From contig NC_043000.1 in NCBI RefSeq assembly GCF_006345805.1, forward strand, positions 145,514,001 through 145,578,000: a DNA stretch of 64,000 bases. The letters run 5' to 3'. Origin of the DNA: Octopus sinensis. Lineage: Eukaryota. Below, piece by piece: positions 53,631-64,000 of this stretch (position 1 is its first letter; every line of letters begins with the position of its first letter). A program made the position numbers and the translations under genes. The notes below the pieces were generated by a model, which made no database searches, was not told where the DNA came from, and saw only the letters and a program-made list of their open reading frames with translations.

Positions 53631-53727
53631 TTCTTTTACTTTCGACATATGTTTCGAAGACAACATTAGTTCTATTCCAAAGGAATAAACGGTGTAAAAT
53701 GCAATCTTCTCATCAGGAAAAAAAGAA
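53631..53727 (-). ncRNA. Type I hammerhead ribozyme
   Basis: Minus strand: ttctttt-tttc CTGATGA gaaga...tcttc GAAA catatg TC gaaa-gt-aaaagaa. Canonical core; GUC cleavage at 53644/53643. Confidence 0.88.
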
Positions 53728-53899
53728 AGCCTATCTCAACAACAAGACATTATAACAATTACGATGTTACGATTCCTTTTCCTTCCAACTACCTGACACA
53801 TAGCCATATACTATATCATTATGCTGATTACCTATTGCATCTCATGGCGGCTGACTGATTAGAGAAAACACAGTTTTATACTCACTTACTTGCACCATG

Positions 53900-54720
53900 A
53901 TAATCATTTAGATGTATGTTTGAATACATCCAATACACAAAATCTCAGTGCTCTAAGTAGCTCACACTAATCACTCAGAGCTGCGTTCCAGCATTACAGG
54001 CAAGAAAATGCCAACAATGACTCACAGGCAGCAAATGCCAGCGTTTAACAAACAGTGCAATTCTTGTAAAACCAACGTTTAAGCAGTAAAGAATGCTTAC
54101 ATACATAACTCAGCCGATGAGGTCTCCAGCCTCTCTAACTACCTTTTTCTTCTTTTGACAAAATATGTACTACCAAGCTTAACGAATCCTACTTAACACT
54201 ATTTCTGAACCACGATTGCATATCCACGTTGAACATATCTACTTTCGCTGCCAATTTTAAATTTAAATCCAAACTGCATACATTTGGTAATATCACCTCC
54301 AATATTTTCCTAATATAGGCACGTGAAAAATTTGGAATTATAAGAGAGTGGCACTTCTCTTCTGACGTCTACGAAGGTTAATTTACACACAAGAGATCAT
54401 CGCTCCCATGTCTGGGCTGGTACTGCACGGAAACTTTCAACAGCGTATTCAAGTTAAATACACTCCACTGATTGCCGTAACGTCAACGTTAGGTGCCTTT
54501 CCAGCCTCTGTACTCTAAACGTACCGTCTCCAATGTTTTCCATTTCTATCTTACCAAATGTTATCTGCTTTGGGAGATACAAGGTTGCGAGCCACGTCCA
54601 ATCAAGCGTTTATTATTCACTTATTTCTCTTCTCATCCCTTACGTTGCACATCAACACCCTGGCCTGCGCTAACTTCAATACTAGCTTACATCTCTTTAG
54701 AATATCACTCTTTGTAACTC
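53900..54720 (+). pseudogene. Degenerate Penelope-like ORF 3' part
   Basis: GTARKL/QQRIQ (GIY-YIG G.T.R.L..RI.E) near 54420 and QAFIIHL...LHIN near 54600. Confidence 0.45.
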
Positions 54721-56502
54721 TTTCTCACTCCATAACTTTTCTACTGTTGTTATTTAATGAATTTTAATTGGAACGTTTATTGCATCGATCCCACTAATCT
54801 TAGATTACCTTCGACACCGATGAGTATGGCGTATTCCTCTAGATTATTATAAAAATTAGAATAATGAAAGTAACGCATACTATGGGTTATGTTCAATTTA
54901 ATTTGCTTGCGAGATAATTTTGTTGAGCCGTCCGCTGGAATGCACTGATTTGTGAAAATTCACAGTGGTCCAACTACGGTGTGCTATTCTACCATCACCA
55001 CAAATTGACTTTTAAGGACATTGCGCTTAGATATAGCAAACTGGGAGAAATGTAATCAAGATACCGCATATTATTTGTTTGTTTATATTATATGAAAAAA
55101 CCTCTGGTCTCATCTTAATGCATCCGACTTATCCTCTTCAATCATTTCTTACTTTCAGATGCCCAACACTTCAACAAATAGCCTTCACTGCAGCAGCATA
55201 AGCTATAGCTATACGGACAGGAAATTGCATTATTTTTTTTTCTTCAGTTTCTCTCGGTATGTTTATTATGCTATTCATCATTTCACGTAAGCTTTTGCTC
55301 ACTGGTGTTCTTAATACAATAGTATATATTTCAATAATATATATATATCATATACTGTATATGTGTTCTAACTTTATTGTCTTTAATATTTTCTTTATTG
55401 TTCACGCAGGAAAATATTTAACTGCAACTTTCTTCGATAGCCGTCGTTTCTTTCTCGTCATATTTTGTAACATTTTTGCTTCTCATCTGCTGCAAAATAT
55501 TTCCCTAAACAATTACGCATTTTACGTGTGCCAGTACTGACATGAAGGCATTCATGCTATCATAGTTACGTATGTTAAATCTTATACAAATATAGATGTA
55601 TATATTCATTAACATAGCTATATCTGAGCATTCAAAACTCACCATAATCAAACGCAAACGAATATCAACATTCGTTTTAAACAACGATAAATCTTCTAAT
55701 TTTTCAAAATACCCAGATTAATCATGTCAAGAAACATTAGCTTCCCCCGACAAAACCCAATAATACCTTGACAATATACAAAAAACAAAATCTGAAACAA
55801 GCGTTTCCAAAGTTATTGATATACTCACACATACACCCACATCCGGACGCGCGCACTCACACAAACACACATCATAACGTGAAGGTTATATTCGAAAGTT
55901 ACATTGCCTGGAATCAAATTAGTTTTTTTTTTTAATCTTATGCAAGTACAAGTAATGTATAAGAGGATGCCTTTTTTTACTGCATTGTGCAAAAATCTAG
56001 GATACCAACAAGCATGAAGTGATTTTTGCAGTGTCATATATGAACAACAATATATCAAGTGAAGGAATATCAACTGTGTTTCAGGATATGCTACCACAAC
56101 AGCTCTTTTATAGGATCCAGTTAACTCAAGACATCATCAGGAGGAACCACATCCGATTTCGGCCCCTACTCCTCAACCGTTTTGACGTGGCACCTCACCC
56201 CCTTTCGGAGGTGTCTTCTTTCTCCTTCTTTCTTCTGTTCCCTGGCCTCTTCGATGGAACTGCAACCGCGCGATTATATAAAGTATATCGTAAAACGCAA
56301 GTCATTAAAGAATCAGAAATCGATGATATCGGATAGCATCCGTTAACTGTTTGGAATTTTACAAATACCACAGCATTCTTCGAAAGTTTTTTTGACTAAA
56401 TTCACTAACTGAGGCTTTCTTCAATAAGCTCTGCATTGTTGTGTTAATTGAAAAATAGAAAATCAAAATCACATATGTATTTTAAAAACAGGGTGGGAAA
56501 AT

Positions 56503-56695
56503 ATCTTTTTCCACTCTAGGCACAAGGCCCGATTAGATGGACCATAGTACGTAATTGGTACTTAGTTTATCAACCTCGAAAGGATAAAAGGCAAAGTCGA
56601 CCTTGGCGGAATTGGTACTCAGAACGTAAAAACAGACGAAGTGCCGCTTAGCATTTCGCCCAGCGTGGTAACGTTTCTGCCAGTTCGCCACCTTA
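56503..56695 (-). mobile_element. SINE family B
   Basis: Family B domain; TSD GGGYGGGAAAATATC. Confidence 0.88.
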
Positions 56696-57149
56696 GGGGC
56701 GGGAAAATATCATAAAAGAAAAAAAATTTATGAAAATAGGGCTTTTAAAGAGAATGGTTAGAGTCGTGTTCCAATTAAATTATGCAAAGTATCATTCTAA
56801 TTACACATGAATGAAAATGTATTCAGCATTGGCCTTCCCGTTGTCAATGATGTTATTAGCATAATTTTAAACGGCGACGAACATAGTGATATTTGACTGA
56901 GCTCTTACGATTTTAGTATGATAATGAGAAATTGATGACAATGACAGTGTTGCTGAAAAGTAGTAGCGAAAATAGAATAATGGAAGTAGAATCGCTACTG
57001 TATAGAACAAAATGTTTAGCAGAATTTCTTCATATTTTTTAAGCGTTTTTCAGCTGATTATTTAAGATTGCCATTCAAAGAAAAAGAAAAGAAATAAAAA
57101 GTGGAGCCTCTTAGACTAGGGTATGTGACTGCTTCTTTCTCTTTTTTCA

Positions 57150-58100
57150 AGAATGGAAATTCTAAGAATAGGCTGTCCTATTCACTCGTGTAAATAGGAC
57201 AGCATAGAATCATGGGAAACTATACAACTACCTCAGATTAGTACTTCTGGTTACAGTAGCCATTTCTGAGACTAGGATTCCCGAAACGCAATCTATTACT
57301 CTCTCTCTGGACGACTTCCAGACGGAAGCCTCCTTCGCTCAGCCGGAGGATTAAGTAGAGGAGTAGTGCTGTTATAGAAAGACTTTGATGTAAAGGTGAA
57401 GGCGGCTTTCCCAGACTAGGTCGGTAAGTTGGTAGTCTGGGACACAATCAGCAAGGAAAACGGTGGAACCTTCAGACAAATGACTCTGTTCTCTTACAGG
57501 AGCCCGATAGCCGGACTTATTTAGAGGCCTAGAGACATTCTTGGGAATATCCCGCACATTCTTGCTAGTGGGCGACTGGAATGGGATCTTAGACACAAGC
57601 AAAGATTATGTGGGTGTAGCTGATAGGAAGGTGTGTGCAAAAGCATCGCAAAACTTCCCACGTATTTCCAATTGACGATCTTCGCCATGATTTTTTGAAT
57701 ATACCAATGTTGAATTCTAAAAATCGCCGTTGGTCGTCTATGATATAGTTAGGATTCTTATTTGACTGACAGATAGGCATAGTGTAAGCTTCCATAGTTT
57801 CAGACCTTTATTCAGGCCATAAATTAACCTAGAATTAACCTAGAAAAGACAAATGCTTAAGGACCCGGTTACTGGAAGATAAACGTGCCCTTTCAAAGGA
57901 AGAAAGGCTTCAAGGATCAGATTAGTATACCAGTTAAGCGGGAATTGACGGCAGCTATCATTAAGAACTGGTAGTATCTTTCTCGGGAAAGGAAGATCAA
58001 AGAATCTTCTGTTAGTTATCCCAAAAAATTGCCTTAGAAAGCAATAGGATAGAAAATACAATGGTGAGTAGCTTAGAAGAGACACCTAGAAGAGGAATCG
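57150..58100 (-). pseudogene. Degenerate Tx1/L1-like ORF2 C-terminal region
   Basis: LILEAFLPLKGHVYLPV...SIC and GYRAPVRE...STVF...CP..TDLVW resemble the F.FLWKG..P.V..SIC and zf-RVT motifs. Confidence 0.4.
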
Positions 58101-58109
58101 TCTGATAAG

Positions 58110-58555
58110 GGTACACCAGGCATATGCATCACAACTATATGTACGTGACATAGTGATCTCATATCAAGATAAATAACGCATGATCTTGGATGTGAGGCCC
58201 AGTTCTAATTTTCTTCGGGTAGAGTAGCCCATCTGCTCAAAATGTACCTGAATAAGGTTTGTTTAAGGATGATGAACAAAACACCCATGTTTCCACAGGT
58301 GAAATATCCAAACCCCTAGGAATTCCTCTGAGCACATGACTATGATGCTCCCCTACTACTTCTGCTCGTAATGAGAGATGCTCATATCAGCAACCACTAA
58401 AGGATATGCTCAGCTGGTTAAGATCAAGCTACTGACAAACAAATCTATAGTATTGAGCAGAATATTTGCTGTAGCCCATCTTTTATACCAAGACAAAACA
58501 ATGTACATGCTAACACGTCCAATCAGCTAACATCAGAAACCATGAGAACCACCAG
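58110..58555. repeat. Probable interspersed repeat (unclassified)
   Basis: Recognised only from memory as a common octopus repeat; no internal proof. Confidence 0.3.
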
Positions 58556-60791
58556 ACGAAATGCTTAACAACATTTTGTTCAACTTTATGTTTTGAATTC
58601 GGCCTTACTTTCACTCTTGTAAGCTCGTTAAAATAAGTACAATTCAAGTGATCATGAAATCGTACCCACCGAATTGTCAGGCGTTGTTTCTGTAATAGAA
58701 TAGATTATAACTATTGCCATCATCAATTGCTGCTGGTGATAATGATAAGAGTATCGTTTGAATATTGATAATTATATAAGAATAATGTTCCTCAATGGCA
58801 CACATTTTAATTCCGCAGAGCGTATAGCCAGTATGCCTGAATTAATGCTACTTTTAAGAAAATGGAGGAATTGCAAAATTGGCAATGATAAAAGTAAAGG
58901 GAGGAAGAGGAATATCGCGTGAGACAGATTACAATATTATTCATTTAGACGTATGTGCCTTTGCTTCAGTAAGCTGAGGCGACGATAATAAGTGTATTGC
59001 AGATCATGATATTGCCGGTTTGAAAGATGAGTGCGAGAATGATGTTAATAAAGTTAGTAAAAATGGTGTCAAAGACGACGAGGATGTTGTTGTGATGAAA
59101 AGGAAATTATTGCGTGAAAAATGAAATTTGCGATTACATTTCGCTTCCGATATACACAGCGAAATGTTATTAGAAAACAAATATTTGCTTCCAGAACAAT
59201 GAATCTTTATGGTTTCAAGTCGAAAAGACTTTTCCTTCCCTTGATGCCATAGCATATTATACACATGAAGAGATATTTTGAAATTAATGTAACCCTAAAC
59301 GCAAACTAGAAGTGTCGACAAGGCATTTATTTCAGTACTTATCGATCAGAAGCGTATTATTCGGTGACCTTCTTAATCATTCTACTTAATCCTACTTAGA
59401 TGGTTTAAGTGAAGAATATTTTACCACATTTTCATCGCACAGAACAATTGATAGCCTTTGCGCCTCGTGAGATATAGCGAGGAAATATGTCAGATATAAT
59501 TACGTTTGGTTACTTAGAGTCACTGCATATGCCCATATTTCTGTAGGAGTTAACATAACGAACATTAAGATCGATATGACACGAGCCGTTAGGGATTTTC
59601 TATTACCAAATAGAGAAACGATGTTTTTCATTTCAGCATCAGAGCAACAAATTGTACAATGTCAAAACTTAATCGTCATTGAATGAAACCCTTAATATAA
59701 TGGAAAACATGGATACGTACAAATTAGAATTTTTAGCTATTAGAATAAAAAGCACTGCCTAAAACATAATTGACAGTGAATGATATATAGGTGAATTATG
59801 ATACAGTCTGTTAAAAAACAATGGGCAAGTCGATGCTTTCGTCGCTTTTAGTGCAGGGGTTTTGATAGCTATATCCAGCATACTTATGTTTCCATTCTAG
59901 AAACAATAGTTCTTTACGCTAAACTGCCACAACTCACTATAAATGTGCATTGAAATCTTGTGCACGCTGACTGACAAAGAATGGTAATAGAATAAATATT
60001 GTAAGCAGTTTGGCGAAGTACTGTTCTGCTAAAAATATTTGTTGAATTTCACCTATATCAGAATTTATGATTTTGACAAAAAGGTAGACATGTACATGGA
60101 AGTGTACATGCAATGAGTCTACAAATTTTGAATGCGTTGGTTACTGTCACGCGTCCTAGGACAGGTATGCACGGCTACCCCACGGCGTGTATGTCACAGA
60201 GCTCAATATATGCAAATATGTATATCTTGACAGACAGATAAATAAACACACAGGCGTACACAGAGAGAAACAGACACAGAGATACACAGACAGAAAGACA
60301 GACAGATTGATACTTAGACAGAGAGATAGATATACATACTTAGTTGAAACTAATACAAATAGCTCGTAACTTATGCACACAAAGTATAATAAATGAGAAG
60401 AAGGAAAATACATGTAAGCTGTGGTTATACATGTATTAATGATCTACTATCATCTGATGCATAGTTGCTTGAATACAAATAAGACAAAAATGCTGTAAAT
60501 ACCAAAGGCAGAATAGATATGTATGCTCGAGTGGGTTTGTATGCACGCTGTTGTATACATGTGAACTTATAGAGGCATTATAAACTCAGACACATGCATA
60601 AACATATATAAATATATACATGGAAGAGTTATAAAAAGCCCAAAAAATTAGAGAGAATAGAACCATCAGCACATTCATAATTTTCTGTTTCCAGGACCTC
60701 TCCTTCCTTTCCCATAGTCCTTCTGTACACACAGCCATGTGCATATATACATATATACATACATACATACATACATACATACATACATACA

Positions 60792-60827
<36 letters not shown>

Positions 60828-60880
60828 TATATATACAATCACACGCACATATATACACACATGTAGAAATATATATGTAT

Positions 60881-60918
<38 letters not shown>

Positions 60919-61031
60919 GGTATTTTTAATAGTACTATCGTTCTCATATTGATATATGTTTATATATATACATATATATACAGATGCATATATATATAGA
61001 TATATATATATATTATATATATATATATTAT

Positions 61032-61097
<66 letters not shown>

Positions 61098-61918
61098 CAT
61101 CTGTGTATGTGTGTATGCATGCATGTGTGTGTCGGTGTATGTGTTTGTATGAATGGATTTATGCATATATCTATGCGATTGTTTGAGCATGTGTTCTTGT
61201 GTCATTCTCTTTGTGTACACATATATGCAGGCCTCTACAGATTCATATGTTGATGTAACTCCAGTGCCCCCACTGCAGTCTACTGCATTCCAGTCAATTA
61301 AGCCGGATCTTGAAATGTTGTTTATCGAATTTTCTTTTCATTAGAATACGGCAACAGGCCATCTTGCAATAGCAATGGAGTATATATCATAAAAATAAAA
61401 CAAAATACAACATCTCGTGGGCATTGTTCCACAAATATTCCCAATACCTTTTTTATTATTACATTGGGACCCGACCAACATAAGCTTGGAACAACTGATG
61501 CTAAGGATCTGGATTGGCAGTGATCCAATCGGAGCTAGTTTGTTAGCATTGCCAATGATATATGCACTGTGGCATAAATTCTCTTTCATATGGAATGTCA
61601 ACGACTTTCACTTACTTTCTCCTGATGTCATATCAACTCCTAACACTTTAGGCACGCCTACATATTTCGTTATAGCTTAAGCAAAGCATAAAACTGAAAT
61701 GAATTCCTTCTCTAACTGTTGCATATATAGATACAGATATGTAGTCATAAATAGGTGACTACATACAGGAGATACGTGTGTGTGTATGTGAGTGTGTCTT
61801 TGTGCCTGTGTGTTTGTTTGTGTGTGCATGTGTGACTGCGTGTGTGTTCATAGATTTATTTTTTTTGACATGGTTTTGACATATATGATTTGACTTTTTC
61901 TACACATGCAGTTTTCTC

Positions 61919-61932
61919 ATTATTATTATTAT

Positions 61933-61982
<50 letters not shown>

Positions 61983-62154
61983 CCAGCAGCAGCAGCAGCA
62001 ACCGTAGTAGTAGTAGTAGTAGTAGCAGCAGCAGCAGCAGCAACAGTAGTAGTAGTAGTAGTAGTATAGTAGTAGTAGTAGTAGTAGTAGTACCAGCAGC
62101 AGCAGCAGCAACAGTAGTAGTAGTAGTAGTAGTAGCAGCAGCAGCAGCAGCAAC

Positions 62155-62231
<77 letters not shown>

Positions 62232-62266
62232 CAGCAGCAGCAGCAGTAGTAGTGGTAGTGGTAGTG

Positions 62267-62302
<36 letters not shown>

Positions 62303-62303
62303 T
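61919..62303. repeat. Compound (TTA)/(TAG)/(CAG)/(TGG) microsatellite
   Basis: Direct reading. Confidence 0.95.
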
Positions 62304-62905
62304 TACATGTTTGACTTTTGCTTTGTATTTGTACAATTTGTCTCCAAGTGATACCCAGAGGCCTCAAGAGCCAACATGTTAGAAGATCATATTCGTGCTA
62401 TGTCCAGGGTCTCATATATTTGGGTTTGTACATAGTATTGTTCTAGAGAATGTTTAAGGAAACAAGAAAATCATGAGTTTCTTTTAAAATTTGAGATTAC
62501 ATAGACGGTATCTTACGTAGGATCTGGGCAGTTTCCATGAGTACTCTCTTGTGAATTTCTGCCATTTGGGGGTTTCCTGGCATCTGAACGAGGTAGCAAT
62601 CAGCCCCTTTGCTATCATTCCTAGGGTACCTATGACAACAGGTATTGTTTTAGTCTTCAAGTTTCACGTTTTGCTAATTTCTATTTCAAGATCTTTATAC
62701 TTACTCAGCTTTTGGTAGGTCTTGACGGATACATTCATTTCGACTGCGACAGTCATATCAATGAAGTGGCATGACTTTTTGTCTGAAGTCTTTCAATATA
62801 ATGTCTGGTCTATTCGCATCTATATTTTTGTCAGTTTGAATGGGTAAGTTCCAGAAGAGTGAGATGTGATCATTTTCAAGCACTGTATTTTCGAACACGT
62901 TGCAT
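62304..62905 (-). mobile_element. R4/Dong-clade LINE 3' end (restriction-like endonuclease)
   Basis: VLENDHISLFWNLPIQTDKNIDANRPDIILKD...IDMTV...KLSKYKDLEIEI...TIPVVIGTLG...TAQILRK; 3' UTR abuts the trinucleotide array. Confidence 0.88.
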
Positions 62906-63099
62906 AATTTGACCAGTACAAGGACTGTGTATTGTAATATAGCAAGCAGTTCCTGGATTACGACCAGGCCCATCATGCTGCACAGTGGGGCACCTGCTGC
63001 GTGCAGCACCTTCACCATGGGTTCTAGTCCAGTTCAGACCGTTATCGTCATGTCTTTATCTTGGCTTTTTCATTCACGAAGAGGTATGTCGTTAGGCTA

Positions 63100-63580
63100 C
63101 TAACAACTGGTGATTTTATCGAGACACCATCTCTATCAAGGTAGTCCACCAAATCGGCAGTGTCCTTGCTCCGCTGGTTTTGGGCTTGGAGTGTTCCTTC
63201 TCCTAGGCTTCCTGCTACCCAAGGCTAACGAAAGCAGCCTCCCCGTAGCACTGGTTATTTGGAGGCGCCACATCCTTTGCCGAAAATTGTCCTGTCGCCT
63301 TCATGTAGGAGTCGGGCTTCACTACCATGACAAAAAAGTCTTATCTACCCTGGTTTTGAAATCAGAGGATTCCTTCTCCTAGACAGACTGCCAACCAAGG
63401 CTCACCAGTTCTGTCTACCCGTTTTCGGAATGGCCATTGACTCTTTTAAGCTCCTCTGCCCTTTGCCAAGTTCAGCTTTTAATCCCGCAGGGAGTCGAAA
63501 ATCCACTCTTCTCACCAAGCAAGCTTAGTGAGGTTGCCGGTTTAGTCGCCGACGACTCGATGGTTTCACAGCGCCACTTG
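63100..63580 (-). mobile_element. RTE-like LINE 5' UTR with duplicated structured motif
   Basis: Two copies of AGCCTTGG..GCA..CTAGGAGAAGGAA (63194-63240, 63370-63416). Confidence 0.55.
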
Positions 63581-63804
63581 TTAATCATGCTGGATAACTA
63601 TTGTTCACTATTATAATTTCCGTATTACTACTATAATCCTCATCTTATAATTTACTTGTTCACTACAAATGTTTCACAGTTATTGCTATAATTATATTAT
63701 TACTATAATGCTGAGGGTCCTAATATTGTCTCCCCTGATTTCTTTAAACAACGATTGAAGGCACATTCACGACCGTTGGTTTAGCTGCTGTTGATGCTGC
63801 GGCG

Positions 63805-63925
63805 TTAAAAGGGGGAGCGGGCGTGTGACTCCTAATAGCGATGGCTTGATTGGACAGTTATCTGACATATATGGCAATCGAGTGAGGGCGGGCGGAGCGG
63901 ATTTTAAGAGTATCTTCGGTAAGTT
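63805..63925 (+). promoter_or_regulatory. Possible core promoter / first exon
   Basis: Local GC rise, reverse CCAAT (ATTGG, ~63850), GGGCGG boxes (~63886-63895), then a G|GTAAGT donor-like site at ~63918. Confidence 0.3.
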
Positions 63926-64000
63926 GGGTTTCGCTATCATAGCTAAGATATCGAAGTTTATAAGAAGTTTTAAGTAGCTACATTGTATTCTATCTATAAA

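Noticed and set aside
54815-54885. CCGATGA plus GTATGGCGT/ACGCATAC stem at the end of a PLE remnant
   Set aside because: GAAA and helix III are absent.
61341-61680. Possible host exon or piggyBac remnant (RWPVAVF)
   Set aside because: Single short motif, weak splice acceptor, no supporting context.

Overview
AT-rich, repeat-dominated eukaryotic DNA. The SINE families and (TA)n/(TAG)n load look like an octopus (coleoid cephalopod) genome; this is recognition from memory, not a database result. No intact host protein-coding gene is supported. Nearly all listed ORFs are microsatellite read-through or decayed transposon fragments: Penelope-like GIY-YIG elements, R4/Dong, Tx1/L1 and CR1/L2-type LINEs, Tc1/mariner/maT, a Helitron and two tRNA-derived SINE families. 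The main hidden signal is RNA-level. At 8331-9587 a 3.1-copy tandem array of a ~403-bp non-coding unit sits inside (TA)n, and each unit carries a type I hammerhead ribozyme (HHR) with an intact core on the minus strand. This is the architecture of a non-LTR retrozyme, predicted to release ~403-nt monomers or circRNAs. At least four further unrelated HHR-bearing families occur in the window (13.5 kb; 38.7/39.2 kb; 53.7 kb; 3.0/31.9 kb). All have palindromic, dimer-type helix III, and several carry unusual core variants (U3-A8, C4, U6). All structures were folded by eye.
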